Source of the DNA: Prochlorococcus sp. AG-347-J14
Lineage (GTDB): Bacteria; Cyanobacteriota; Cyanobacteriia; PCC-6307; Cyanobiaceae
Assembly (NCBI GenBank): GCA_003281505.1
Contig: QCBU01000007.1
Location: 3,075-67,074 of the forward strand
Length of the DNA stretch: 64,000 nucleotides
Direction of reading: 5' to 3'
The notes under the pieces were generated by a model. It did no database searches and had not been told where the DNA came from. It saw only the letters and a list, made by a program, of their open reading frames with translations. Position numbers and translations under genes: made by a program. Of the stretch, positions 1 to 10,988 are shown in pieces (position 1 is the stretch's first letter; every line of letters starts with the position of its first letter).

Positions 1-147
1 ACCCTTTATAGCTATAAAGAGATCATTTTTTAATAAAGTTCTACTATCAATACTTATATTTTTAAAATATAAAAAATCTCTTTTCTCCTCGCTCAGATTT
101 TTAATATCCCCCAAAACGTTGTTTAATTCTGATAAAGAGAATTCCAT
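1..147 (-). CDS. murF: UDP-N-acetylmuramoyl-tripeptide--D-Ala-D-Ala ligase, N-terminal part (runs off window)
   Basis: Manual translation from ATG at 147: MEFSLSELNNVLG...NISIDSRTLLKNDLFIAIKG; the 'SIDSR...LFIAIKG' motif is typical of the MurF N-terminus. Not in ORF track. Confidence 0.8.
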   Translation of the reverse strand, partial: MEFSLSELNNVLGDIKNLSEEKRDFLYFKNISIDSRTLLKNDLFIAIKG

Positions 148-159
148 TAAAAAATTAAG

Positions 160-1611
160 TCATACTTTTTTTAAAGATGGATCAGCCGATTGACCGTAAG
201 AGAATTTTTCAACTTCTGCAAAATCTGGAGAAGGTTCTTTTATTCCACAAACATCTTTATACATAATTTCGTATTCGAGAGCGGATCTTTGCCAACTAAA
301 CTCTTGGCTCATTGCCCTTTTTTGCAATAATTCCCAACTATCTTTATGCCTAAAGGCCTCCCAAGACCTTACTAAAGATGTATAGAAATCTATAGGTTCA
401 AAGCGATCGAAGCAAAAACCAGTGCCAGTATTATTTTCTGGATCATGAGGTAAAACTGTGTCAACTAAACCTCCTACTCGCCTTACTATTGGAATAGAAC
501 CATATCTCATAGCAAGTAGTTGACTAATGCCACAAGGTTCGAACCTACTTGGCATTAAAAATGCATCAGAGCCACCATATATAAGTCTTGATAAAGAATC
601 ATCATAAGTAAGAAATACAGAAAATCTTCCTGGGAAATCTAATGCAAGTTGCCATAATCCTGACTCTAAATATCTATCTCCAGTTCCTAGAACAACTATT
701 TGCGAATCTGTATATGCTAAAAGTCTTCTTGAAACTTGTAGAAGTAAGTCAACCCCTTTCTGATCAACTAACCTACTGACCATACCTAAAAGATATTTTT
801 TGGGATTAACTTCGAGACCCATTTCTCTCTGGAGAATTTTTTTATTTTCTAGCCTATTTTCTAAATTCTTAATACTAAATTTTGCTGGTAAAACTGGGTC
901 TTTGGCTGGATTCCATTCATCAAGATCTATACCATTAAGAATTCCCCTTAATTTTCCTGAAATGTAATTAAGTAATCCTTCAAGGCTTTCCCCATATTCA
1001 TGGGTTTTAATTTCATCTGCATAAGTAGGAGAAACAGCATTGACTCTATCTGCGTACAACATTGCCGCAGCCATTGTATGGTCTCCATGCATATACCAAG
1101 GACACCAAGTCATTTTTTCAAGTTTCCATCTCCAAGGGCCTTGGTATTTTAAATTATGAATTGTGAAGACAGTACTAATTTCTGGGTCCTGATGCATCCA
1201 TACAGGAATCATGCCAGTATGCCAATCATGGCAATGGAGAACTTGAGGTTTCCAACAATTCCAGGCAAATTCTGCAGTGGCACTTGCAAAAAATGTAAAG
1301 CGCCAGTCCTCATTTTCACCCCCGTATATTTGGTCAGAGTCAAATGTTGGATGACCCACTAGGTAAATTACATAATTATGAATGGGATGTTTTGCTTCAT
1401 ATACTGCGAAATCAGTGCCCATTGTGTTTGCCCTAAAGACTGGTTCATTAGATACCTCTAAAAGACTCCACAATTTTCCGTATCCAGGAATTATTACCCT
1501 TACATCGTGACCAAGTTTTATCAAAGATGGAGGTAACGAACCAACCACATCTCCCATACCTCCAACTTTGATCATTGGAGCACATTCAGCAGCGGCAAGA
1601 AGAATTCTCAT
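160..1611 (-). CDS. glgA: Glycogen synthase
   Basis: [11 protein letters not shown]-glucose motif, [19 protein letters not shown]. Confidence 0.97.
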   Translation of the reverse strand: MRILLAAAECAPMIKVGGMGDVVGSLPPSLIKLGHDVRVIIPGYGKLWSLLEVSNEPVFRANTMGTDFAVYEAKHPIHNYVIYLVGHPTFDSDQIYGGENEDWRFTFFASATAEFAWNCWKPQVLHCHDWHTGMIPVWMHQDPEISTVFTIHNLKYQGPWRWKLEKMTWCPWYMHGDHTMAAAMLYADRVNAVSPTYADEIKTHEYGESLEGLLNYISGKLRGILNGIDLDEWNPAKDPVLPAKFSIKNLENRLENKKILQREMGLEVNPKKYLLGMVSRLVDQKGVDLLLQVSRRLLAYTDSQIVVLGTGDRYLESGLWQLALDFPGRFSVFLTYDDSLSRLIYGGSDAFLMPSRFEPCGISQLLAMRYGSIPIVRRVGGLVDTVLPHDPENNTGTGFCFDRFEPIDFYTSLVRSWEAFRHKDSWELLQKRAMSQEFSWQRSALEYEIMYKDVCGIKEPSPDFAEVEKFSYGQSADPSLKKV

Positions 1612-1645
1612 TGATAATTATTTAAAAAGTTCTTTTGTAAATTAA

Positions 1646-2503
1646 CTAGGGTGTCCACTTATAGTCAGAAAAGTCTGGTGGACGCTTTTCAAGAAAGGCA
1701 TCTCTACCTTCTTGAGCTTCATCAGTCGAATAGAATAATTGAGTTGTGTATCCAGATAATTCTTGAATACCCGCAATCCCATCACTCTCCGCATTGAAAG
1801 AAGCTTTGAGAATACGAATAGCAGTTGGACTATTTCGCAAAATCTCTCTTGCCCAGATTACACCCTCAGCTTCTAATTCTTCAATCTTTGTAATTGCATT
1901 TATCAAGCCCATCTCAAGAGCTTCTTTGGAATTATATTTTCTACATAAAAACCAAATTTCTTTTGCTTTTCTTTGACCAACAAGTCTTGCTAAATAACTA
2001 GATCCAAAACCGGCATCAAAACTACCAACTCTTGGACCTGTTTGACCAAATATTGCATTTTCAGAGGCTATACTGAGATCACAAATCAAATGAAGCACTT
2101 GGCCTCCTCCAATCGCAAAACCTGGAACTAAGGCAATAACCACTTTAGGCAAACTTCTTATTAATCTTTGAAGTTCAAGTACATTTAATCTCTGCTTCCC
2201 CTCATCATTTTTATATCCATTTTCACCTCTTACACTCTGATCACCTCCAGAGCAAAAAGAATGAATACCTTTCTTGTCAGGTCCCGCACCTGTAAAGAGA
2301 ACTACGCCAATAGTTTCATCATTTCTTACGATATTAAATGCGTTAATGAGTTCCTCTACGGTTTGTGGCCTAAATGCATTTCTTTTTTCGGGCCGATTAA
2401 TTGCAATTCTCGCAATTCCCTCATCTGATTTGTGAAACAATATATCCTCATAAGATTTGCATTCTGACCAATTTAAAATTGTTTTACCAGGTAATACTTT
2501 CAT
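1646..2503 (-). CDS. menB: 1,4-dihydroxy-2-naphthoyl-CoA synthase
   Basis: Crotonase fold; [20 protein letters not shown]; adjacent to menD. Confidence 0.96.
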   Translation of the reverse strand: MKVLPGKTILNWSECKSYEDILFHKSDEGIARIAINRPEKRNAFRPQTVEELINAFNIVRNDETIGVVLFTGAGPDKKGIHSFCSGGDQSVRGENGYKNDEGKQRLNVLELQRLIRSLPKVVIALVPGFAIGGGQVLHLICDLSIASENAIFGQTGPRVGSFDAGFGSSYLARLVGQRKAKEIWFLCRKYNSKEALEMGLINAITKIEELEAEGVIWAREILRNSPTAIRILKASFNAESDGIAGIQELSGYTTQLFYSTDEAQEGRDAFLEKRPPDFSDYKWTP

Positions 2504-2538
2504 GAAACCTAATTATTCAAAGATAGAAAATGATAAAT

Positions 2539-4302
2539 TTAATTGCCAATTAATTTTTCTAGCAGGGCATTTTTTTCACAAATTTCATTTTCTGGATCAA
2601 TATCAACTTTTATTATTACAGATTTCTGGATAGAAATGCTCCAATCGAATGCCTCTCGTAATTTTTTAAAATTTGTCACATTTCTAAAGTTTACTTGATA
2701 GCCCTCTGCGAGTTTTGGCCAGTTTATTTCTTTTGGCATAAGAAAAAGTTGTTTTAATTCATCTTCTTTTAAATTTTCTTTATATAAACGATTAAATATA
2801 TTTCCGCCATTATTATTTATCAAAAGAATTGTTAAATTCATGTCGATAGAATTTTCAATCAGCCAACCGTTTATATCATGAATAAAAGCCAAATCTCCAG
2901 TCACAAGAAGTAGAGGATTTTTAATTCTAGAAATACCTAATGCAAGTGATAAAGTACCGTCTATGCCCGAAGCTCCTCTGAAGCTGAAACAATTTCTCGT
3001 TAAAGTACCATTTTCAGAGAATGTAAGCCAATCTCTAATTGGGCTACTCGCGGAGAGCATTATAGGATTTTCAGCTGGCCAAATTTTTGGAACAAGATTT
3101 GCAAGCATATACTCAGTAATTTGATTATCTTGAGTAATTTTCTCTTTTAAGATTACTTTAATCTGCTCGCCCTCCTCTATTAGATCTACAGCCATCGGAG
3201 TAAGAGACTTTCTGTTTTTTTCGTTAATTGATAATTCTTCAAACAATAGATTAGTAAAATTTGACAGCCCAAAATCATATTCAAATGATTTTTTTATAGG
3301 GTCCAATTTTCTATAGTTTTTTTCTTTTATGAGAATTTGTATCCCTTCGAATGTTGTTAAAAACTTCTCCAAATCAATTGAGGATGACATAGGGCCAAGC
3401 CTCAAAAGTTGATGACAATTAATTGAATTATTATTTTTTCTTAAAACTAATTCCCAATTCAAAACTAATCCTCTCAAATCAGAATAAACACCTGAAACAG
3501 GATCAGCAAATACTGGCCAACCAGTAATTTCTTGTAATTGTTCTAAAGATTTATTGAAAGAAGTTAGATCATTTATAGAACCTTGATAGGGACCTACCAA
3601 AATAATGCCGGATTCATCTAAATTTAAATTTTTTGAAATTTCTAAGAATTTGTTTTTATCAGACCTTATTTCAACTTCCTGAAATATATATTTTTTCTTT
3701 AAATAAATCCTCTCAAAAACCTCTAAAACATTTTTTTTATTCAAAAATGAAATACTTAAAGGCTTATCAATAGGAATATTTATATGAATAGGTCCAGGGA
3801 AGTTTGATATTTGTTTCTCAGTAATTCGAACTAAATCTAAGATTTCATTTTCTTGTGTTACATGCAGTCCATTTAAATTTGTACTTAAAACTCTTCTACA
3901 GACTGAACTCAAAAAATCTTCTTGATTTACTGTTTGATTAGCACCACAATCTTTTAATCTTAAAGGCCTATCAGCTGTAAGAAATATAATGCCTTTACAA
4001 GACCGATCTGCCTCAACTGCTGCTGGCAATAAGTTACTTACTGCAGTACCAGAAGTAGTAATAACTAAAGAAAGATTACCCGATGCAGCAGAAATTCCAA
4101 GAGAGTGGAATCCCGCAGATCTCTCATCTATTGAATTAAAAATATTTACCAGTCCTAATTTATTTAATTCTCCAGCAGCTATTGCTAAAGGTGCGGATCT
4201 ACTACCAGGACATAGTATTAAATTTTGAACTCCTATTTTTATAAGAAGATCCAAAAGTTGTAAACTTCTAAGAAAATTTTTGCATTCAATAGATGATGTC
4301 AT
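2539..4302 (-). CDS. menD: SEPHCHC synthase (TPP-dependent)
   Basis: [26 protein letters not shown]...[11 protein letters not shown] motif. Confidence 0.95.
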   Translation of the reverse strand: MTSSIECKNFLRSLQLLDLLIKIGVQNLILCPGSRSAPLAIAAGELNKLGLVNIFNSIDERSAGFHSLGISAASGNLSLVITTSGTAVSNLLPAAVEADRSCKGIIFLTADRPLRLKDCGANQTVNQEDFLSSVCRRVLSTNLNGLHVTQENEILDLVRITEKQISNFPGPIHINIPIDKPLSISFLNKKNVLEVFERIYLKKKYIFQEVEIRSDKNKFLEISKNLNLDESGIILVGPYQGSINDLTSFNKSLEQLQEITGWPVFADPVSGVYSDLRGLVLNWELVLRKNNNSINCHQLLRLGPMSSSIDLEKFLTTFEGIQILIKEKNYRKLDPIKKSFEYDFGLSNFTNLLFEELSINEKNRKSLTPMAVDLIEEGEQIKVILKEKITQDNQITEYMLANLVPKIWPAENPIMLSASSPIRDWLTFSENGTLTRNCFSFRGASGIDGTLSLALGISRIKNPLLLVTGDLAFIHDINGWLIENSIDMNLTILLINNNGGNIFNRLYKENLKEDELKQLFLMPKEINWPKLAEGYQVNFRNVTNFKKLREAFDWSISIQKSVIIKVDIDPENEICEKNALLEKLIGN

Positions 4303-4352
4303 AATTTATATAAATGCTTTGGGATATTCCTTATAACTGAATTAAACAGAAC

Positions 4353-4937
4353 ATGTCTACAACTCAAGAAAAAAGAAAATCAATACTAAAGGATTTAAAA
4401 AATCTTTTAATCTGGATATCTATTGCTTTAATTATACGATGGCAGGTTATCGAGCCAAGATGGATCCCATCCGGATCAATGCTTCCAACTCTTCAAATAC
4501 AAGATAAAATTCTTGTTGAGAAAGTAACCCCAAAAATCACATCCAAATCAAATCTTTCAAAATTAAAAAATAAAATAGTTGTTTTTAACGTGCCGGAACA
4601 ATTAATTAATGCTGGTTACGAAGCAGATACTGCACTAATAAAAAGGGTAATTGGCATACCTGGAGACAAGGTAGAAGTAAGAGACGGTAACCTTTACTTA
4701 AATGATATCGCTCAAAAAAATTACGTTTTTGACAAAAATATTAATTATTCTATTGGGCCTTTTATTGTCCCAGAAGAGTCATTATGGGTGATGGGAGATA
4801 ATAGAAATAACAGTATGGACTCTCATATTTGGGGATTTTTACCCTATGAAAAGGTTATTGGTAAAGCTATTTTTAGATATTGGCCGTTTAATAAAATTGG
4901 ACCTATTCGGTTCCCTGCCCTTAATAATTTAGATTAA
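4353..4937 (+). CDS. lepB: Signal peptidase I
   Basis: IPSGSMLPTL (Ser), IKRVIG (Lys), GDNRNNSMDS. Confidence 0.95.
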   Translation: MSTTQEKRKSILKDLKNLLIWISIALIIRWQVIEPRWIPSGSMLPTLQIQDKILVEKVTPKITSKSNLSKLKNKIVVFNVPEQLINAGYEADTALIKRVIGIPGDKVEVRDGNLYLNDIAQKNYVFDKNINYSIGPFIVPEESLWVMGDNRNNSMDSHIWGFLPYEKVIGKAIFRYWPFNKIGPIRFPALNNLD

Positions 4938-4982
4938 TGGGTACGTGATGTTGTAGGGTTTTTATATCTTGAAGATGTAGAA

Positions 4983-5318
4983 ATGTTTAATCCAGAATTT
5001 CTCGCTACTGAAAATAATGATCCAAACGATGAGAATGATTTAATCCAATATTTGCAAAAACAATCTCCAGAAGTTTTGCAAAGAGTAGCAAAATCAGCTA
5101 GTGAAGATATTCAGGAAATTATTAGACATAATGTTCAAGGTCTCCTTGGAATGCTTCCTTCAGATCAATTTGATGTAAAAATTACGTCTTCAAAAGACAA
5201 CATTGCCAATTTATTATCTTCTGCAATGATGACAGGATATTTCTTAAGACAAATGGAGCAAAGAAAAGAGCTGGAACAAACTCTTAAAAATGATGAAAAT
5301 ATGTCTATTGAAGAATAA
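4983..5318 (+). CDS. DUF760-family conserved cyanobacterial protein
   Basis: IIRHNVQGLLGMLP...LANLLSSAMMTGYFLR-type signature. Confidence 0.75.
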   Translation: MFNPEFLATENNDPNDENDLIQYLQKQSPEVLQRVAKSASEDIQEIIRHNVQGLLGMLPSDQFDVKITSSKDNIANLLSSAMMTGYFLRQMEQRKELEQTLKNDENMSIEE

Positions 5319-5323
5319 TTTTT

Positions 5324-6496
5324 TTAAAAATTTACTTCTTCAGGAATTATTCCTAGCTCAAACAACTTTTTATATAAACCCGTAAGAAATTTATTATCTT
5401 CCGGTAGTTTGTCCCACTTTTGGGAATTAATTTCATTAATTAATTTTTGACAATCCTCTATTGTGAATTTTATAGGTGCCGTAAAGTGAGCTGGAATTAA
5501 ATATTCCATATCTTCAAAAGACTTGATATTTTCTAACCAACTAAGTAAAACTTCTTTGGAACGCGGAAAAATTAATTTTTGTAAAACTGGTGCTATTTGA
5601 ATCTTAGGCGTATCTTCACCCATTATTTCAAAAAGAGAGGATTCCCAATCTTCTTCCCATAAAAAGGGATAAATACCGAAATGAGATCTCCAATTTCTAA
5701 GATCTTTTTTGAATGAATACTTAAATATTTTTTTTAATGGTGGAATATTTAATTTACTTGGTTTCAAAAAAGATGAAAATAAGACTAACCTTTTCCATCC
5801 TTTTTTTCTCTGTTCTATAGTGTCAATTAAAGGTTCATCTCCTCTCTCTCTAGAATGAAATAGAAGTGGAGTTGGATCAAAATTAAATATTTCAGGTGGT
5901 ATTGAGTTTATTCCAACTATTGCGTCTGTTACATGAAGAGTTTTCGTAGGATAATGGAAACAGCTTATCTCCTGATATCTTCCAAGTCCTAAATTCAGTG
6001 GGCCTAATGAAGACCATTTAAAGGAGTTTTTATAAGGAGTACCTTCCTCAAAGAGTATTCTTGATCTTTTTGATGGAATTCCTAAAAAATCTAGTGGTAG
6101 ATTTATGGGAAAACTCCATTGTCCAGGACAAAGCCAAATTTCTGCATCTTTAAAAATTCTTGAAAGAGCAGGCAGCCCAATTTTATGTTCTAGTCCAGAG
6201 GCACTCGGTAGAATTAATGTTTTTACGTTGCCGTGTATGGCAATTAGTTTTTCTAACTCATTTATTAATTCTTTTGTCGGAGGTAGTGGATTTATTAGCA
6301 TCAAACCATTATCAACCTTTATTACCGTCATTCTTATTGGAACCGCAACATAATAAAGTCCCTGTATTTGTTCCAAGGACCATATTTGATCAGGAATTAA
6401 TTCTTTGAAAATTGTTTTCTTTTTCCCATAAGGATATAAGGGGAATAATGGCCACCAATTCCACTTTTTATTTAAAGTTTCTTCCACCACTATCAT
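5324..6496 (-). CDS. DUF4336-family protein (metallo-beta-lactamase-like)
   Basis: WPLFPLYPYG start, PIRMTVIK, GLEHK, LIPAHF motifs. Confidence 0.7.
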   Translation of the reverse strand: MIVVEETLNKKWNWWPLFPLYPYGKKKTIFKELIPDQIWSLEQIQGLYYVAVPIRMTVIKVDNGLMLINPLPPTKELINELEKLIAIHGNVKTLILPSASGLEHKIGLPALSRIFKDAEIWLCPGQWSFPINLPLDFLGIPSKRSRILFEEGTPYKNSFKWSSLGPLNLGLGRYQEISCFHYPTKTLHVTDAIVGINSIPPEIFNFDPTPLLFHSRERGDEPLIDTIEQRKKGWKRLVLFSSFLKPSKLNIPPLKKIFKYSFKKDLRNWRSHFGIYPFLWEEDWESSLFEIMGEDTPKIQIAPVLQKLIFPRSKEVLLSWLENIKSFEDMEYLIPAHFTAPIKFTIEDCQKLINEINSQKWDKLPEDNKFLTGLYKKLFELGIIPEEVNF

Positions 6497-7365
6497 TTAT
6501 ACCCAGCAAAAAATTTCTTTAACTTAAATATTCCGTATCTTGGAGCGAATAAAAAGGCAAATAAAAATATAAAAGTTTGTGCCAAGACAATTGATCCACC
6601 TGTTTCAAGATCAAACCAAAAACTTATGTAGATTCCTATTAGGCTTGAGATAATTGCACTTAATACTGAAATTACTGTCATATTATCAAACTTATCCGTA
6701 AGTAAATATGCTGTAGCTCCTGGTGTAATCAACATTGCAACTACCAATATAATTCCAACAGACTGCAAGCCTACAACAGCTGCCAAAGATAAGCATGTGA
6801 GGAGTAAATAATGAAGAAAAAACACGTTAATCCCAACTGTTTTTGCATGCCGAGGATCAAAACAATAAAGCATTAAATCTTTTCTAAAAATTGATAAAAG
6901 GATTACTACCAACAAAGAAATGAATATGGTTTGTTTTACATCTGAAAGTGATATTCCTAATGGACTACCAAAAAGAATAGAGTGCAGATCAATATTACTT
7001 TTAATCTTTGAAACCAATACGATTCCAAGAGCGAAAAATCCAGTAAATACCAACCCAATAACAGTATCTTCCTTCACTCTAGATTTCTGTTTAATAAACC
7101 CTATCAATGCTACAGAACCAACTCCGAAAATAAATGCCCCTAAGGAGAAAGGAAGACCTAATGCATAAGCAACAACAACACCAGGCATTACTGAATGTGA
7201 CACTGCATCTCCCATTAAAGCCCATCCTTTAAGAGTTAAATAGCTTGAAAGGAAACCACAAACAGCTGCAACTAATGAACTCATAAGAAGTGCTTTTCTC
7301 ATAAAGTTATGAGTTAAAGGATCTGTAATGAATGAATTTAAAGTTAAAAAAGAACAGAGCTCCAT
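6493..7365 (-). CDS. mntB: Mn/Zn/Fe ABC transporter permease
   Basis: Hydrophobic; LMGDAVSHSVMPG ABC-3 motif; in an operon with the ATPase and binding protein. Confidence 0.88.
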   Translation of the reverse strand: MELCSFLTLNSFITDPLTHNFMRKALLMSSLVAAVCGFLSSYLTLKGWALMGDAVSHSVMPGVVVAYALGLPFSLGAFIFGVGSVALIGFIKQKSRVKEDTVIGLVFTGFFALGIVLVSKIKSNIDLHSILFGSPLGISLSDVKQTIFISLLVVILLSIFRKDLMLYCFDPRHAKTVGINVFFLHYLLLTCLSLAAVVGLQSVGIILVVAMLITPGATAYLLTDKFDNMTVISVLSAIISSLIGIYISFWFDLETGGSIVLAQTFIFLFAFLFAPRYGIFKLKKFFAGYK

Positions 7366-7377
7366 ATAATTTAAAAT

Positions 7378-8142
7378 TTAGGATTCAGGTCCAAACAAGA
7401 AATCAGGTGAGATCCCTCCAAAAGTGGTTGTAATATTTTCAGGAGTAAACACTTCAGAGGTCTCGCCATAAGCTACAACAGTTTTATTTATTAAAAGAAC
7501 CAAATCACAAAATTCCCGGACATGAATCATATCATGCGTTGATAATAATATAGTTTTTCCCTCATTTTTAAATTGAATAAATAATTCCGAGATAAGTTTC
7601 TCAGTTCTTATATCAACACCTGAAAAAGGCTCATCAAGAAGTAATATTGACGCTCTTTGCGCAATTGCTCTAGCTAAAAAAGTTCGTTTTCTCTGGCCTC
7701 CAGATAAGTTTCCAATAGGTGTAGATAAATGCTCAGCAAGATCAACTCTCTCAATAGCATCTTTAACCGCCTGAACATCAGACTCTCTAGGACACCTAAA
7801 AATATTCATCGAACCATATCTTCCCATCATGACTACATCCCAAACGCTTATTGGAAATTGACTATCAATTCCCTCATTTTGAGGCACATAAGCAATTGTC
7901 TGATCTTTTTGAGCAGATCTTACAGACTCTCCATTAATTCTAATTTTTCCCTTTGAAATACTTACAAAGCCAGTTAAGGCATTAAAAAAAGTTGTTTTGC
8001 CAGCTCCGTTCATCCCTACTAACCCACAAATCTGGCCAGGTTTCAATCTTAAATTGGCATCATACAAAGCCACCTTACCGTTGTAATCTACGCAAATATT
8101 CTCTGCGTCAATCCTAAAATTTTGATAATTAATTGTTTCCAT
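7378..8142 (-). CDS. mntA: Mn/Zn/Fe ABC transporter ATPase
   Basis: GMNGAGKTT, YVPQ, LSGGQRKR, LLLDEPF. Confidence 0.88.
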   Translation of the reverse strand: METINYQNFRIDAENICVDYNGKVALYDANLRLKPGQICGLVGMNGAGKTTFFNALTGFVSISKGKIRINGESVRSAQKDQTIAYVPQNEGIDSQFPISVWDVVMMGRYGSMNIFRCPRESDVQAVKDAIERVDLAEHLSTPIGNLSGGQRKRTFLARAIAQRASILLLDEPFSGVDIRTEKLISELFIQFKNEGKTILLSTHDMIHVREFCDLVLLINKTVVAYGETSEVFTPENITTTFGGISPDFLFGPES

Positions 8143-8145
8143 AAT

Positions 8146-9054
8146 TCAAAAAAGCCCTTTTTTAATCAAATCCAAATTATGCTCAAGCATTTTTATATAG
8201 GAACTAGCAGGCCCACTATCATCAGACAATGAATCAACAAAAAGATTTCCTCCAAAATTGGCCCCAGTTTCATTCGCAACAACCATTTGAGACTCGTTAC
8301 TCACAGTACTTTCGCAAAATACAGCTGGGACATTTTTTTCTTTAACTAGTGAGATTGTTCTTGACATTCTTTTGGGAGTAATTTGACTCTCAGCATTAAC
8401 TGGCCACAAATAAACTTCCTCTAATCCATAGTCATTTGTTAAATATGAAAAAGCACCTTCACAACTTACTAGATACCTACTGTCTTTATTTAAGTTATTA
8501 ATAAAAAGTGAGAATTCTTTATCTATTTTAAAAAGTTTATCTTTATAAATTTTTCCATTTTCTTCAAATAATGTCCTTTTGGATGGTCTCAATTCTGATA
8601 AAGAATCGACGAGAATATCTACGTATTGGATCCCTCTTTTTGGAGAAATCCAGGCATGAGGATTGGGTTTTCCTTTATAAAAATCTTCACTGATAAAAAT
8701 AGGATCTAAATCTTCGGCTACAGTAATTCTATTAACTTTTAAATTAGAAACAAATTTTTCAGCCCATAATTCAAATCCAAATCCATTATCAATAAAAACA
8801 AAAGCATTAGAGGCATTTACCAAATCGCTTGGAGTTGGTTGGTAGCCATGAACTTCAACTCCAGGTTTCGTTATTGATCTAACAATAAAATCATCTTTAG
8901 CGACATTGCTTATAATATCCGCCAAAACAGTGAAACTTGCCAGTATTACTTCTTTAGTTTCATTTTTATTTGATATTCTCTTACATGAGGCAGAAGCAAT
9001 AGAAAGCAGAAGTATCAAACTTAAAAAAAGAATATTTTTTTTCATATTTAACAT
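8146..9054 (-). CDS. mntC: Mn/Zn/Fe ABC transporter substrate-binding lipoprotein (TroA/PsaA family)
   Basis: Lipobox-like ASASC; EVHGYQPTP, NPHAWISP, CEGAF, DSL metal ligands. Confidence 0.88.
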   Translation of the reverse strand: MLNMKKNILFLSLILLLSIASASCKRISNKNETKEVILASFTVLADIISNVAKDDFIVRSITKPGVEVHGYQPTPSDLVNASNAFVFIDNGFGFELWAEKFVSNLKVNRITVAEDLDPIFISEDFYKGKPNPHAWISPKRGIQYVDILVDSLSELRPSKRTLFEENGKIYKDKLFKIDKEFSLFINNLNKDSRYLVSCEGAFSYLTNDYGLEEVYLWPVNAESQITPKRMSRTISLVKEKNVPAVFCESTVSNESQMVVANETGANFGGNLFVDSLSDDSGPASSYIKMLEHNLDLIKKGLF

Positions 9055-9065
9055 TCATCCCAAGA

Positions 9066-10400
9066 TTATGAACTAAAAGATAGTTTCATAAGTGGTTTTC
9101 TAAGATCAGAAATAAATCCTTTCCAATTTATTTTTTCTTTTTCAAAAGCTTCTTCAACAATTTTCTCAGAATTTTTCTTTATAAAATCCAAATCAGGTTC
9201 TTCTACCCCTTTTGTTATTGCCATAAAATCAGCCAAAGAACTTGATACTACTCTTGTTAAATAAGCAGCACTGACAGCCTGAAATGTTCCAGAGACAAGC
9301 CAATTTGGGCCATGTAATTTTGTTATGCCAATTAGAGTCTGTCCACTCCATTCAATAACTCCCTGAGCAATTGCAGTCTTTAAAATCTCTTTGGATACTT
9401 TATCTAACATTTCAGGAGACCAATTACATCCCCATATAGACTTAATTTCTCTAATCATTAAAGAATTTAATACTGTCATTGCCATAACATCAATTGACGG
9501 GATAGGCGATAAGAAAACAGTTGTTGCGACAAGAATTTGATTTTTTCTTTGTATACCTTTCAACTGCATTCTTCTTATACCTTCAATTTCAGATTGCCAG
9601 GCTGCATGAAGTTCTTTCAAGAGCCTTTTTTTTGTATTCTCAATATTTTTAGATGAACTTATGAAGAACTTCCTTAAAGAAAAAGGTATATTTGTTATTT
9701 CACTCTTATTCACATCAAAAGTAATAATTTTGTTTATAAAGTCATTTGAAATTTGAGACTTTAGGTCTTCTATCTGATTTTTAGCTTCTATTTGGTTGGA
9801 AGTTAAAGCCACCAACCAGATTGGCATATTTTTAGGAAACTTTTCCAGCCACAAAAAATCATTTGCCGACAAAGGCAAGTTTATAAGATACAAGATTGCA
9901 TCACTCTTCAAAGCTTCTTCAGGAATAACTTGAGAAGAATTGTATTTAGGAAGTTTTTCGTATAAATCAAAGTCAAACTTATCTGCTTTGAAATTACTTT
10001 TTAAAACAGATTGAAAACTTTGATAATCCTTTTGTCCAATGCAACTTATTTTTTCTTTTTCACATCTATTAAGAATAGATTCAAGTGTTTTTTGTCTTTT
10101 TGAATTATGTTTTTCTAATTCATTTCTTGCTTCAAGTTCTTCAAAAAAATTTAAATCTTCATTACATAGATTTATCCAGCCATCTAAATTATTTGGCTCA
10201 TTAAATTTAGGCTTATCATTCTTCAAGTAAAAATATCCCCCCAAACACAACGCAAAAAATCCTATAGAACCTCCTGCAAAATGAATTAAGTCACTGACAA
10301 ACCATTCCCCAAAACCTAAAAATAACAAAATAGTAAGAATATTTTTTTTTGGAAACTTTATGAAATCCTTTAAAAGGTTGTCTTTACTGATATTAAACAC
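9066..10400 (-). CDS. YcjF/DUF697-family membrane protein
   Basis: N-terminal TM helices; C-terminal SPIPSID...QAVSAAYLTR typical of DUF697. Start moved to GTG at 10400 (ORF track starts at 10454). Confidence 0.65.
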   Translation of the reverse strand: MFNISKDNLLKDFIKFPKKNILTILLFLGFGEWFVSDLIHFAGGSIGFFALCLGGYFYLKNDKPKFNEPNNLDGWINLCNEDLNFFEELEARNELEKHNSKRQKTLESILNRCEKEKISCIGQKDYQSFQSVLKSNFKADKFDFDLYEKLPKYNSSQVIPEEALKSDAILYLINLPLSANDFLWLEKFPKNMPIWLVALTSNQIEAKNQIEDLKSQISNDFINKIITFDVNKSEITNIPFSLRKFFISSSKNIENTKKRLLKELHAAWQSEIEGIRRMQLKGIQRKNQILVATTVFLSPIPSIDVMAMTVLNSLMIREIKSIWGCNWSPEMLDKVSKEILKTAIAQGVIEWSGQTLIGITKLHGPNWLVSGTFQAVSAAYLTRVVSSSLADFMAITKGVEEPDLDFIKKNSEKIVEEAFEKEKINWKGFISDLRKPLMKLSFSS

Positions 10401-10565
10401 AATACATAATTTTTCTATTTTTATTTTAATGCAAGTTGTGAATGAGAAAAGCAAAATTTCATAAGTCGTTAATCAAAAGATAAAAATTTAAGCCTTTTAA
10501 AAAGACTTATTGCATGACAAGATGCTAAGTTAATAGACTATTTAAATAACTTAAGAAACATTAAG

Positions 10566-10988
10566 ATGTCTAATTCAAATTTCAGCAATAATCCTGGACA
10601 AGAAAATTACAGAGGTCGTTCTAACAATGAAAGATCTAATTTCAGAGATAGATCGGGAGGAAGAAGAGATGGAGGAGGATTCCGCATAAGATTGAGTGAT
10701 AACGAAATGAAAGCTGTTAAATCAATACAAGAGACCTTTCAATTAAGATCTACCGTTGCAGTTCTGGGTTTCTCTGTTAGAACACTTAGCGAAATGATCA
10801 AAGACGAAAAATTGATTGAATCAATCAAAGAATATGCAAAAAATAATAAAAACTCTTCTCCGAGTAGACAATCACAAAATTTTTATGAAGAAAAGACAAA
10901 AACAGCACCTGACCCTTTTGCAAGACCTGTAAAAAGCACATCAATTGAAGAGATCCAATCTAGCGAAGTAGAAGAGGATGACAAATAA
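10566..10988 (+). CDS. Conserved hypothetical protein with R/G-rich N-terminus and possible ribbon-helix-helix core
   Basis: Clean ORF overlapping the trpS start; FRIRLSDNEMKAVKSIQE pattern. Confidence 0.7.
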   Translation: MSNSNFSNNPGQENYRGRSNNERSNFRDRSGGRRDGGGFRIRLSDNEMKAVKSIQETFQLRSTVAVLGFSVRTLSEMIKDEKLIESIKEYAKNNKNSSPSRQSQNFYEEKTKTAPDPFARPVKSTSIEEIQSSEVEEDDK

